From NCBI GenBank assembly GCA_905178155.1, contig CAJINV010000002.1:9864650-9928649 (forward strand): 64,000 bases of DNA. Reading direction: 5' to 3'. A model generated the notes under the pieces. That model saw only the letters and a list, made by a program, of their open reading frames with translations. It had not been told where the DNA came from and searched no databases. Below are positions 24,601 to 37,738 of the stretch, piece by piece (positions within the stretch are counted from its first letter, which is position 1; each line of letters begins with the position of its first letter). This stretch comes from Amoebophrya sp. A120. Taxonomy: Eukaryota; Protista; Dinoflagellata. Made by a program: the position numbers and the translations under genes.

Positions 24601-27600
24601 CCAGTAGAACACTCTGATCGAAAAATGGCTGCGATCGCTGCAAATGGGAGCTCTACTTCCTGGTGGGAAACCAGTATTCTGAATCCGATCGTGGACCCGA
24701 TGAAATCCCGGACGGTGCAGCGAGCGAAGCGGAGATTTCTGGCTCTTCTAGCAATTGCAAGGCACAGAAACGCACTTCCGCCTGCTGCAGGAAACAAAGT
24801 CCAAGTGGTCAGGGAGCCGAACTGTAGGCCACCACTTTCAGAGTCCGCACCTGCACCCTCACACACTTGGTCGCAGAGTAAGACAAAGCAAGAACTGCCC
24901 CCGCCGCGCCTGCTGCAGCTGGACCAGAGGCGCACGGAAAAGTTTACGATACCGCTACAGTTGCCCGGCGTGCGGCAGTACAAGATTCCGAACCTACCAA
25001 ACTACTTGATCCAAACGGAGGACGTGAACTTCTTCCCGAATTCCGTCACGAAGCAGGTCAGCACGAAGATCCTCTACCTGATCCCCAGGCTTGTCTTCAC
25101 CAACCTCTTCTGCCCGGGCACCATTCAAATCAGGATCGGCAAGGAGGCAGAGAAGTACGACAAGGCGCATCCAGGTGGTTCTCCGAACAGTCACTTTGCC
25201 GACGAGTATTTCTTCACCGCGCCGCTGCAAGGTGAAGTCGCTGCTGAGCGTCGTGGCAAGAGCAGCGTCTCGTCTCGGGACAAGCCCCAGCCGCTGCTGA
25301 AAGACGGGACGCAATCGAGGCTGATCGCCCCGGGGGAGAGCGTTTTGACGCGCTTCGTCGTCCATGACGCGCAGAGCATCCAGTTTAGGTATGTGCCGCA
25401 CGAGTCTTTTGCGGTTTTAGAAGAACTGCAGAACCGGAAATTCGATAGTGCAACTTCTGCTGTGGGGGAGGAGGGGACCTCGACCTTGGCGTTTGATGCG
25501 GACAAGAAAGGTCGCAGCGCAACTATCGACCTGGAACACTGCGTCGTGCTGGTACACGGCGAGAGAAGAACAGAGACGACCAGAGCACGGACGAGCAGCG
25601 CGACCGACGAGCCAAACGGATTCATGGACATTCAGCGGGTGTCTTTACAGAAGGTTCCGAAGAGTGCTTTTTCTTCTCACGTTCTGTCTCTCACGAAGAT
25701 ACCGAACGACCCACTCCTGGATAGAAGCTGCGCAGCGACTGACCCAGCTGCCACGCGCGGCGGCGGTGGTACGCAGGAAAAGAATAGGCAGGTCGACGAA
25801 TCAACTTGGCTGTTGGAGCCCGAACGAGAGCCAGAAGGCTGTGCATCAAACAGGGATACTGCTAATGGAAGTGAGTTAGAAACAAGCAAGACAGGTGCTC
25901 CTGTGCGGTTTTATCTAAACGAGGACATACGTGAGGCGCTGCGAGACGAGGTAGTCGCGTTCCAGAAAGAAAACCCGTCCCAAGAGGCTGCCCCGGTCCA
26001 GCTTACTCTGAACCGACACTACGTGGGTGGTAGGTCTTGCAGTGCACAAGACGGCGACGATGCTGGCGATTTCGCTTGCTGCCCCCTGACCAAGCTCCTC
26101 CGGAATCCCTCGGTCCAAGCCGTATACGCCGTCTTGTCAACCGACGCAGTTGCACAGCTAGATAAGATTATCTCTGCCTGCTCACCAGCATCATTCGACG
26201 ACCACAAAAACGCGCAAAAAGATGATACACATGGCGAAGACCACCCCGCCCTTCTTCGATCGAAGACAGAGCAGCAGACCGAGGCGGAGGTGCAGGCACG
26301 GGAAATGTGGGACCTGGTGATCGAACAGAAGAAGCAGGAGATCTTGCAGCACTCGACTTTCTCCAAGTTTTTCGCCATTGACGGGCCCGACCTGGAGCCG
26401 GGCAACTACCCGTTTTCCGTGGGGCAATACAACGACTTGATCACGGTCGAAATCTGTCCGGGCGGCGGGTCCGACGTAACCAAGTGTCACGAGTACTGCT
26501 CCGACATCGAGACCACCTGTATCGCGGTCACGTTCCGCCCTGGCAGCGATTTCCAGCTCTTCAACAACACAAGCAGCGCGATTTGCGTTGTGAACAAAAA
26601 GTTCGCGGTGTATCCGGACCACAAAAAGGAGTATGGCTGGGAGGATCCGCTGGCCACGCCCCGGTTGGTGTCGATCGTGATTATCGGAGAGCGGGACTCG
26701 GAACCCCCCCTGGTCATGGACGTGTACAGTTCCAAAGTGGTCTATTCCGACAGCGGGCAGTATTCCGCCTTGGCCTATCGTGAAGCGGTGTCCGGGAAAT
26801 ACTGCATTGAGGTAAGGGAGCAAGAAGGAAGTAGCTCTGGTACCGCGGCCCAGATGTTGAATACTACAGGTGGCAATAATTACAGCGAGCAGGCACGACT
26901 CATGAACGATCCGCACGCACGGGACTTCGAAAATCCAGGTTTCAGGTTGGATCTCGCCGTAGCGGAGCTCGGATTCTCGTTTTTGTCCGAACTAAATGGA
27001 GAGAACAGAAACACTGCGACCGGGTCATCTGCTAGTAGTGATGTCCCGTCACGAATAAGTGGCGCGGCCTCAGGTGGTCCAAAAGATTACCACGCGGATC
27101 CATTGCACTTGGAGCCGGTTGGCGCACAGCTCGTGGAAGCCTTTTACGTTCATTTTGACATGACGCGGATTGCCTTTTCGCAAGATCCGTCAATCGACAC
27201 AATCTTCTTCGATTTGGTGATCGACAACTTTCAATTTGACTGTCTTCTTCCGGGCCGGAAAGATTTTGATGTCCAAGACCGAACCACTGGCGAGACGACA
27301 AATGTCGGCATCATGTCGTCCTCGCTAGCAAGAAGTGGAAATGCTAATTCCTACACCAATGGTAAGAAACGACTGGAATTACAGAACATCGGCGGAAGGT
27401 TAGGAGAGGTGCAACGACGTGGTAAAAATTTTGGCGCCCGAACAAAAATGCTCCCGTTTGCGGCTCAGCCGGCGCTAAGGCGCACGCGATCGGATCTGCG
27501 GTCGGTAAGGTCTGATGCTGGTGGAGCGAGCGAGCAGCGTCTTGTTGAAGAAGATCCTCACATGAGCGCGAAGCTTTCCGCAACTAGTGGATTCTATGAA

Positions 27601-30600
27601 GGAGCCCCAGACGGCGGAGGAAATGTAAATGACAAGCGAAACACGAAACACCTGTTTTCCACATCTGCGACGGGATACTTTACCGGCGAGGAGCAGGACG
27701 ATAATCCTACGAGCACGATGACACCAATTGCTGACTACAATTTTCAACAACGCGGGAGTGCGAGCGCCGATGATCGGCATATCGACGCGTCTCTCGGCTT
27801 CGATGCGACTTTTCAGCGAGCCAGTTTTGACGACATGGAGATAGAAAATCTTGGCTTCGAAGACGAGATGTCGACCAATGGACGACGCAGCACAAGACCA
27901 GCAGAGCCCGCGCAAGTTCGCAACCATTCCGTGATTCTCGCCTGTCGCAAGTACCGCGAGTGCTTTCTCACGGTTCAAGGGTACAAGCACGGTTGCAGTT
28001 CGGCGGACAGTCTGTTTCGCAATGTGAAGTTTCAACTCGACGACCTGGAGATGTCGCTGGACGCCGATGTTCTGAACTTCATGGCCGCGTGGAACGAGGT
28101 ACCGCTAGGACTCACCGCCGAAGAAGAGCTCGTCATGCTCTTCGGTGACGCCGTAAAACGCACCTACGACAGCGAGGAGCTCGAGATTTGTGATTTCGAC
28201 GATCCTCTTCTAGAAGAAGTTCAACCGCTGAACGCAGAAAAGCGCCAGCAGGGAGGCCGTTGCCAATCCGCGGATATTACACCTAGAAGTTGTGCTGTGC
28301 AGCTTCAAAACGACGCGCAAAGGATGAAGAAGCTGCGAACGCAGCGCGGGTTGGGTCTCACGTGGGAAAAACTGAAACTGTTAACGAAAAACACTGATAA
28401 TTGCATGGTCGAAGATGAAGAAAATGCTGGCGATTTCTCCACTTCCGCCGCGTCCCCGGCGCAGCGACAGAAAATGACCTCAAGCAGCCGGAACAACCAC
28501 CTCAACCAGGGCTGGACGAACAAACGAAGTCCACTTCCGAAGACCCCGCATTCGTATCTGAAGCAGAAGGCGCAGCAGCATTTTCTACAGGACTACTTCA
28601 TCCCGGAAGTCCTATCAACTGCAAAAATGTCTGGGTCTGGAAGATTGCCAGGTTTGTCATGCAGGTGTTCTATGGCTCATGAGGTTTACAATGCAGCGCC
28701 TAGCATGACAAATTCTGTGAGGTCTCTATCATGCCTATCCTGCATGAGAAATTCCCTCACAACTTAGTAAAAAAAGGACGGCTGTTGGTAATCATGCAAC
28801 ACAGATTTTTTGCATGATTCAGATTTAGCATGTCAAGTTGCAATCTCCCAGACATTTTTGCATTTGATAAGTCCCGTCCGTGATCCAGTGGGAAAATTTA
28901 GAGCTTTATCAAATGTAAAAATGTCTGGGTCTGGAAGATTGCAACTTGTCATGCTAAATCTGCAGCATGCAAAAATCTGTGTTGCATGATTACCAAAAGT
29001 CGTCCAGTTTTGAACAAGTCGGGAGGTAGTTTCTCATGCAGGATAGGCATTAATAAGGTCTCGCAGAATCTGTCATGCTAGGTCCTGCATTCCAGACCTC
29101 ATGGGTCATGGAAAAACAGCATGACAAGTCTCGAACTCTTCCAGACCCAGACATTTTTACATTTGATAAGCTTGGGCGGTTCGACATCTACCTGTGGCTG
29201 TACCTGGAACTCCCCAAAATCGCGCTCCTGCCCGACTACCTGAAGAACGGGAGCTGGGTGAAATTCGTCACGGACGAGGGGATTCTGGAGCTGAGCGCGC
29301 AGTGCCTGCCACTCACGAGCCAGAAGCAGCACTACTACCGCGGGGACCTGTACAACTGGCTGTTCCAGGCCTGCAAGCACTGGGCCGTGGACGCGTGGAC
29401 GACGCTGTTGCCCATGGTTGCGGGGAAAATCAAGGGATTATCCCTGATCGGCAGCGGGTGGAAGCGCGTGCTGCACGCGCTCCAGACCTTCGGGTATTGT
29501 GAGGAAAAATCCCCCCTCCCCATATCGAAAAGGAAATTTGTGCTGCTGTATTTGAGTAGACAAATCGACTTGTACTGCCAGAAGGCCAAGGAACGCAGTT
29601 GCTCCCTCGTTTGTAGGGCAATTTGTAATGCTGTCTCCCGTTTCCAGTTGCTTCCTGTCATGCTCAAGACGCTAGGATTTCCTACGCCAGCCAGCACGAG
29701 AGTGCGCATCTCTTCCGCTTTAGCATTACAAAAGGATTTGTGGTCACAAATCATGCTACACAAATCTCCGGTTTAGTATGGGGACGGGGATTTTTCCTTT
29801 TGATATCGGGAACACGACCGCCAGCGGGTTCGGCATCGTGGGCGAGCTGCTTTCGACCCTGACCTTCGACCGCGATATCAAATGTAAAAATGTCTGGGTC
29901 TGGAAGATTGCCAGGTTTGTCATGCACATTTTGCATGACTCCTGGTGTCTGTGATGCATGCCCTAGCATCACAGATTTCGTGAAGGCTTCCTGATGCCTA
30001 TACCGCATGACAAATGCTCTTTCCGTGTAGCAAAACTCGGACTCTCTTTGCTGGTCACGCAATACAGATTTTTTTAGAATCCAAAATCAGCACGACAAGT
30101 TGGATTCTTCCAGACCCAGACACTTTTACATTTGATACGCGACTACATCCAGCAAAAAGCGGAACTCCGGCGGAAACTGACCATCGAAACCGCGTCTGGA
30201 GGAGCGATGGAAGCCTACCGCGAGTTCTGCGAGGCGCTGGAATACCTGTTCGACTTCTTAACGCTGCCGCTAGAGAGCGTCGGGGTGAAGAGGTTGGAGT
30301 GTTTGGAGGAGGACGAAATAGAAGCGGGGACGAGTTCGTTTTTTCATGATATGGCACAAGGCGTCGACGATTTGATGCTCCGTCGGGATTTTTCATCCCA
30401 GGACGACGACCACGGTGATATGAGCGTCTCTTTCAATGAAGTAGACTACGATGTTCGGTCGTCGCGCGGCACTGACTCTGGCGCCGGAATAATAAACCCC
30501 TACGAGTTGCTGGAAGAGGGCCGGCTTTCAGAGTACTACGGAGATAGAAGTCGACGTGACCTTTTGTTCGACCCGGAGTTAGAGGCACAAGGGCCTGTCT

Positions 30601-33600
30601 GCGTCCCCGATGGAGCAGGGCGACGCTTTTCAACAAGCGCGAGACCACTGGGGAATAGACGGAGTGTCTGCGCCGCTGAAAGACGAAGATGCGGTAATGG
30701 TGGGGGTGAAAATGTGGAAATTCAGCGCGACGACCCGGTCACTTGCAGCAGCCCGAGCGGGAGCAGAAGCCTAAGCGTATTTTCGCGCGACAGTCTGATG
30801 TTCTCCCGAAGGCCGAGCGCCAGCAGTGGAGCGCGGAAAAAGAAAAAATCGTTGTCGCAGGAAAGGAACAACCTGGTCGCCCTGGGCCTGCTCCCCGCGC
30901 TCGGTTGGGGCATTCTGGGCTCGGTTTTCAAAACCTTGGATCACTTTTTCTACATGGGCGAGAACCTCGTCCGCGGAGTCACGGCGCAGTTTACGGGAAC
31001 TGTAAACTACCGTGACCTGTTGCCGAAACGGGCATTGGGAAATACGGACGCGCTCGCGGGTGGCCGAAGTGATGCGAGGAATGGAGGTCTTTTGGTTCCG
31101 CCTTCTAGCACTCCGCATCAGGGCACCGTTGCAGCTCGCCAAGCCGATAATTTTGTCCACCGCGGGGAGAGAACAAGTGTTATGGCAGCCGATGCAGAGT
31201 TTTTGTATTCGCAAAGCGAAAATCCTCATGCCGCACCGCAACTGCAGCTCTACCGCGAGCAGAAAACGTTCCAAGAAGACGAGTTGCAGGGGCTCGACAA
31301 CGGTGTTATGTCTTCATCAAATGCTGCGCATCAAACGGCGAACCTCGCAAATCCATCACTAGCAAAGACCACCGTAGTCCTGCCGCAGAATTACAACCGC
31401 AAGGTGCTAACGCGCATCCGCCTTCCCCGATTTCTGCCGCTCTCCACAGTACCAGGTTCTGCCAGCACATCGCAGTTTTCTGCTGTGGCGGTGCGCGGGT
31501 CTTCTTCGAGCATGAACAGCATTACAAATTGCAACTGGGGGTTCTTGCACTTCTGGGAGGCCCTTTTGCAGAACTGCCTGGGTGCCGGCGTGCTGGAAAA
31601 TGCCGAGGCATGTGTGCCGGTGAATGTGACGATTGGACGGGGCGGCGGACAGTTTGTGACTAGTTTTCCCGAACAAAAGAGACGGGCCAAGGATCATCTC
31701 ACGACTGGTTCCTCAGGCGATGAATGTGAGCACGATCCCGAACAGGGCATCGATGAAGGTGCTGGAGCAAGTAGTCCTTTTGGCAATCGAAATCGAACGT
31801 GTTCTGACAGACTGCGAGACGGGGCCATCGCCGGTATCGCTGAAGGAGGAGATTCACAAGCAACGCTGATAGAACGGGATCTACAGAACTTGATCGATAA
31901 CCTCTGGGCGGAGTGGATTGCGGACGACCGTGCTGATCCCTCCTTTGCACACGCTCCTGGGCGTGCGCTATCAGAGTCGCGAAATAGAAACGTTAGAGCC
32001 AGCAGCTTTCCCTACGACGAGAGCAACGAACGCAAACCAACTTCCCGCGACGCGCGAGCTACAAAGCAGGACAGCGACGCTCGCGGCAATAACAGTACAA
32101 AACAGGAGGAGCTGGAAGAAGAAACTGCCTTCTGCGAAAACAGGACGGCGATACCCTTTTTGCAATTGCGAACCTCGAAGGTTCACAAAGGTACACCTGC
32201 TATAGCCATCGATGAAAGTGAAAATCAGGACAAGCAAAAGACTGGCGACCGTGACCACGATGTGACAAACACAGAAATGTTACGAACGGGAGGCGTTTCT
32301 GCACAGGGTCAATATGAAGAGGACGAGCACGAAAATGTACGGACGTCCACCAGTCTGTCAGCTTCGGTGTCCTCGACTTCCAGGACTTCGAGTCCGAGAT
32401 CGCAAACGAGCAACTCAGGGCCCACTTCTACTCCCACCAGCATGTCCATGTCGCCGGCGAGGAGCAGCAGACACCGCGGTCTTCCGGCTGTCCCAAGTGC
32501 TGCCACGATCAACCGGCCGTGGACGCCGGCGGAAGACCAATCAATGCGCACCAGAGCCGATCGAGCAGCGCACCAGAGGCCCAAAAACGCAGCCCAGGTG
32601 TTGCTAGACCGACAAAATTTGGAAATCAAGATTGGCTTTTTGCTGCTGTTTCAGACACGGGCGCGGTTTCTGGAGCTTCCGTGGCTCGTGCCCGTCGGAG
32701 AATTGCGGGAGTTCATAATCAGCGACTTCCACTCCCGCATCGTTCGCATGCACCGGAAGAATTTATTAGCGTCCCAGAGTCACGAAATCGAGGAAGATGC
32801 TCGCTTCGTCGGCCCGAGCGCTGAAAGCTGTAGGGTTGAAAATCTCGTCACAAAGAAACCGGCAGTCGATAGTGATTTCAAGAGTATGCGCGCAGAGTGC
32901 GGGGCGTTCGACATGAAAGCAAACGACGAATTCATCGCGGAAGTGGCGCAGATCAACCATTCCGCATCTGCGACGCGTCCAACCGGTGTCGCCGACCCTG
33001 CCACTGGACATCCACAGCAGAGGCAGGACACCACAAGAACCGATGACCATAATCCCCTGGGAAACGTGCTGCAAGCCGGCGTGGCCAAATTGGAGCGGAG
33101 TGGAACAGCCGCGCTCGCACAGACTCTGGATTTGAACGACGAAGAAGCCGAGGAAATCCGACAGCGCCAGAAGAATTACATCCGAGGACAAAAAGAAAAG
33201 GCAATCGTCGGCGGGTGGGGGGAACTGAGGAACGTCGAGCAGCCAGGTGGAACCTCGAGAAGTATGGGACGAGAAAGTACCAGAGCGCCATCGAGTTCGA
33301 GTTCCAGCCAACTTCATCCCCCCGGCCCACTTATTGCCAGTTCATCACGCCCTGATTTTTCGCCGGCGCTGGTGTCGCCACCCGCCACGCCCGTGTACAC
33401 TTACGGACCAAGTGGAAGTAACATGCCCGCGCGACGTGACGGACGAGGAGGGTTGTTGTGCGGTTCTAGCACAAAAAAGATTGCGGTCTCTCCGACTGCA
33501 CCAGATGCGGTTCCGGTCGGCACAGAGAAGCCTTCCTGCAGTTCGCGCCTTAGACACGGCCAGCCTAGTAGAGGAGGCTGTGCAATACCTAAACCGACTC

Positions 33601-36600
33601 TAACCGAGTATGTTGCGCGCTTCATTTTTGCCTACAAGAAAATTGGGAGGGAGCGAACCGAGGCTGTTTTCTCGGAAGGACGCGGCGGAGCCGTGCGCGA
33701 TGGCGCAGCCGCCGTGCAACAGAGAAGCACAAGCAACAAAGGACGCGGCTCCTCGGAAATGCATTTCTCCCCTCGGCCTGGTGGGGAGCAAATACGCACG
33801 CAGCATCGCGAAAGCCAGATTGTGCCGCTTAGCCACAGAAATTTGATGATGAGTAATCAAGAGCGACAAGACTCAAAGAGTCAGCAGCAAGCCGATATGG
33901 TCGGCGGTACAGTGGAGCAAGATTGCAAAAAAGCGTCCGTCGCTTCGACCGCAATCGAGCACAGTGCGGATGTGCAGCTTCACGACATTCGCTCCACGTC
34001 CTCCGGGCGGGGGCTCCGGCATCGAAACAGGAAGGCAAGGGCTGTCGTCGCGCACCAGCAGGCGCACAGCCGAGAAACGAAGCAAGCGCCAATAGAAAAT
34101 ACCCTGCGGAGCCCGCTTGAAATATACGACAAAGAGGACGAGGAAATAGCCGAACCTGCTGTACTTGGCGACACAACTACGGTCGGCCGCGAGCACGAGG
34201 ACAGTGAAGCAGCTGACACTCCGGCCATGATTCGCCAGAGAGACCAAGCATGTCCTGGATCACTGTCTGTCGCCGACGTAGTGTCTCTGCCGGAGCGCCG
34301 CTCTTCGTATTCGTTTAGCATTGGTGGAAACGCGCGAAGTGGACGAGATCTCGTGGGCTCAAAGATAGCAAGCGCGCCGCTTTTTCATCCGAGCAAAGAG
34401 GGTGTGGACCAGCAGACGAGACAGCAAATCCCAACAACATTCGCGCATCTGCTCCAGCATTCGCCTGCAGCGGCGAGGGCCTTGAGAGCTACTGCTTGTA
34501 GTCCAGCCGCGGCATGGTCCAGTGCTGAAGTTAGGACTGGGAGCGATCCTACAATAAATTTCGCCCATTTCACGATGCCTACGTTTCTCCCTTTGAAGTA
34601 CAATTCTTTCGCCCACTTTCTCGCCCACCCCCTTCCCAACCACTTCGTGAGTCGCTGCATTGAGAAGCCGGAAGATTTGCTACTGCACGGCAAGGACACG
34701 GTGTCCGAGGATCTTCTGCTTCCCTTGCGGCAGTTACAGACACAGATTCGACGCAATTTGTTTCCGCAGGCCGCGACACGGACTCAGCAGCCGCTGCGTC
34801 GCGGCGCTGGTGGGGGGATGTATTTTGCAGCAGAAGGTTCCTCGTCTGCGTACGTGGAAGAAAGTGCTGAAGCAGATCTGAATTATCGTGCAGACAATTT
34901 CGAGACCGAGAGTGCTTCTTCGTCCTCCTCGCGAGCAGGGATCGCGAAGGAAAGCCACACGCCCGGGCAGACCGTGGAAATCACGGCGCTGCGGAAGCTC
35001 GGACGAGAACTGTTTCACGAGGAGTTGCGTAACTTGCGGACGCGCTGTGCGGAACTGACCAAAAACGCGATGAAAGTCACGAGACGTGCGGATTCTGGCT
35101 TGGATATCAAGGCTAGTAGCAACAATGTCGATCATGCGCCTGCTTCGAGTAGTTCAACTACGTTTCTACCTGCGCCAGCAATGCCTGCTGCTCTGTGGAA
35201 AAACCAACTGGTCATGCCCGGGTTGTTTGATGCTTTCGAACAAGATTCCGTGGCGACAGATCAACAGCAGCGGCTCGGGCGACTTAGCACAGGCTCTCTA
35301 TTCACTTCTATGGGGCGGAATTTCTCTGCTGCACTACCGCAAGCGCAGTCCAGCAGTAAACCGTTTGATCTAAACCAGATCAGCTTTGAAATAGAGTCCA
35401 TGTATGTGCAAAGTGTATTCCTGACGAAGCATAGGACTTGTACCGGAGCGCGAGGACAAGAAAGCGAAGTCAGACCGAACAACGTCATCACCTCGTTCAT
35501 GCAGCAACGAAAGGATGAAACGGAAATGCAGATTGTGCTCTCTGACGAGGCGTACTTGAGAAAAAAGCTAACGCAGGTCACGGCAAGGCAGAAATTGCAA
35601 AACGCACGCGCAAAGCTTCGGCTCGCAGGAGGCAAAGCGGCGGCAGGCCCTGGAGGAGGTAGTGCTTTTAGGCCGCCTGTTGGAACAAGCACAGGTCGGA
35701 AAGCGAACATCAAGCAGAGGATGTTCACAGCCGCGGGAGAAAACACGACGAGCTCCCTGGATGCCGAGAGGAGCGAGGGTGCCACCAATTCTGGGTCACC
35801 CTTAGACCCCCGGACGATTGTCTTACGCATCCCTTTCTCCGATTTCATTTGTCCCCCGGCCGTGCAGGCCGCCATCGGTGCTTGTCTGAAAATCGGGGCG
35901 ATAAACCAAGAACTAGCCGGTCCACACGGGTTGTCTGAACAAGTGTACACGACACGGACTGCAGATGAGAGCGGCGCGTTCGTCGATTCAGGACGAGGAC
36001 AGAAGGCTCACGAAGTCTGCGAGCGCACAGATCAAAAAACCATTTCACCTCCCACCGCCTGCTCTCTGGCCGCCCTTCACTGTCTGAAGGCCTCCCCCTT
36101 CGCCTTTCTCCGCAACGCGATCGACGAGCATCTGGTGCGGCGACGGAAGGAGAACATGGCGGATTACGACTCCGAGAACGACTCCAACCAGCAGCAAGCC
36201 CGGCAGGTGATCGTGTTTGAGCTGGAGCGCACGGCCACTTGGAACTCCTTTACGTCGCCGTTTCTGCCCTGCGAGCCCCGGGAGCAGTTATGGATTGCAA
36301 AAGTGTCTGGGTCTGGAAGAATGCAAGATTTGTCATGCATATTTCTCATGACCCATGATGCCTGTGATGCATCCCCTAGCATCGCAGACATTTAGAAGGC
36401 TTCCTGATGCACTTTCCGCATGAGAAATGCCCTGTCCTTGTAGCACAAACTGTGCCCCTCTTGCTGGTCATGCAATACAAAATTTTTTTAGAGTCCAAAA
36501 TCAGCATGACAAGTTGGATTCTTCCAGACCCAGACATTTTTACAGTTGATAGCAGTACCGGTGGATCGACCAGAACGGCAACCGGCACCCGAACATCGCG

Positions 36601-36873
36601 AAGAACCTGACCCGGAAGGAGGTACAGGCCAGCCCCACACCGCCCCTCGATTTTGGAAAGTTGTGGATCCCGAAAACGGAGTGGACCTACGTCGTCGACT
36701 ACCCGAATGGGGCGACGGACGAAAACGGCTGGCAGTACGCCGTGCATTTCGCCACCAATTCCGGCGACCGCTCCGTGTCCATGGTCAGCGCGAACGACTC
36801 GGCCCACTGGTCCGCGCAGGATAGTTGGCCGTGCGTGTGTCGAAGAAGAAAATGGGTGCGGGAGTACGTGTAA
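18624..36873 (+). CDS. VPS13: VPS13-family protein, main/C-terminal part with terminal DysF domain; interrupted by five TIR insertions
   Basis: VAB/SHR-BD-like repeats (IEPSLQFYNSLP, TKILYLIPRLVFTN, FQLFNNT...YGWEDP) and an APT1-like region (LDLAVAELGFSF, LVIDNFQFD). The C-terminal motif FGIVGELLSTLTFDRDYIQ appears after removing the insertions. Last exon DENGWQYA...RRRKWVR. Confidence 0.8.
28613..28869 (+). mobile_element. TIR introner-like element, family 'tatcaa-tg-aaaaatgtctggg', copy 1
   Basis: tatcaactgcaaaaatgtctggg...cccagacatttttgcatttgata. TSD agtcc. Removal gives FIPEVPSVIQW. Confidence 0.9.
28907..29168 (-). mobile_element. Same family, copy 2, inverted relative to copy 1
   Basis: TIR tatcaaatgtaaaaatgtctgggtctggaaga. 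TSD agctt. Its left interior is the reverse complement of copy 1's right interior. Removal gives ENLELGRFDIYLW. Confidence 0.9.
29495..29805. mobile_element. TIR introner-like element of a different family
   Basis: tattgtgaggaaaaatcccccctccccata...tatggggacggggatttttccttttgata. TSD tcggg. Removal gives LQTFGNTTASGFG. Confidence 0.8.
29876..30137 (+). mobile_element. Same family as 28613, copy 3
   Basis: Same TIR. TSD cgcga. Removal gives TLTFDRDYIQQK. Confidence 0.92.
36289..36551 (+). mobile_element. Same family as 28613, copy 4 (left TIR slightly decayed)
   Basis: tatggattgcaaaagtgtctgggtctggaaga...ccagacccagacatttttacagttgata. TSD gcagt. Removal gives PREQYRWIDQNG, leading into the DysF exon. 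Confidence 0.88.
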
Positions 36874-37738
36874 AGAGGTGGCACGAAGTTGACTGATTGA
36901 CGCCCCAGCCAGATCTTTAAATATTGAAACAGAGCCAGAGGAGAAAGTAGTACTTAAGAATTGAAAAGCACAGCTCGCTGCTGTGACTCTTTACGACAGC
37001 AGGCACAGATTTGCGTCAATATTTATTCTCTTGCTTTGAAGTTGTGCAAATGCACAGATGTCGTAAATAGTCTTATTGCAAAGGCATGCAGCTGCTGCTC
37101 ATTGATCTGCTTCTGCTTTTCACTGACTGAGAATCGAAGAAACGGAAACCTCGTCTGGCTTTGTACTTGCTTTTGTGCCCAGCATAAGGCTTCGCTTGCC
37201 ATCGACATCGACATGTGTGTTGCGTATACAATTTGAGTGTCGTCGACTCGCGGTCGCGTACGCCTTCAGCGTTGTTTCCGCCTGATTGGTATTGTCGCCC
37301 CGTAGAAGATCCGCACTTTTTTTCCCGTATATATTTGTTTGTATCAACTGCTACTACTACTTACCATAGTTCCGCCGGATATATCAAATATTTTGCAAAG
37401 ATGATCCGAACCCGATGACGAAGTACGTAGTGAAAGAAAAGCATAGCTTTCTTGAGGGTGAGTGAAGACGAGGGGAGCCTGGCACTCATTCGTTTTGGAC
37501 AGCACACAAAGATAATGGCGAGGTCAGTTTTATTCAGTTTCAGTACAACAGAAATATATTGGGGCTGCAGAAAGGCAAGCATCGAGGCAATTGTGTGCCA
37601 CACTGACCAATAGCAATTAAGTAATCACAAGGAAGAGACCGGCGTGTCTGGAGTCTTCCTCGCGGAGATTTTGCAACTCCATGGAGATGCACTAAGACTA
37701 CTATTTTCGCTGCTACTACTACAAGGATACGCAACAGC

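Noticed and set aside
18619-28767. Treating the 3382-aa, 233-aa and 2087-aa ORFs as separate genes
   Set aside because: They join in frame once the TSD-flanked elements are removed. Their apparent termini (e.g. KMSGSGRL, LPDPDIFTFD) are translations of the TIRs.
29494-29776. In-frame canonical GT-AG intron alternative
   Set aside because: It would leave the right inverted repeat in the mRNA. The TIR plus tcggg TSD model (29495-29805) explains both ends better, though RNA data are needed.
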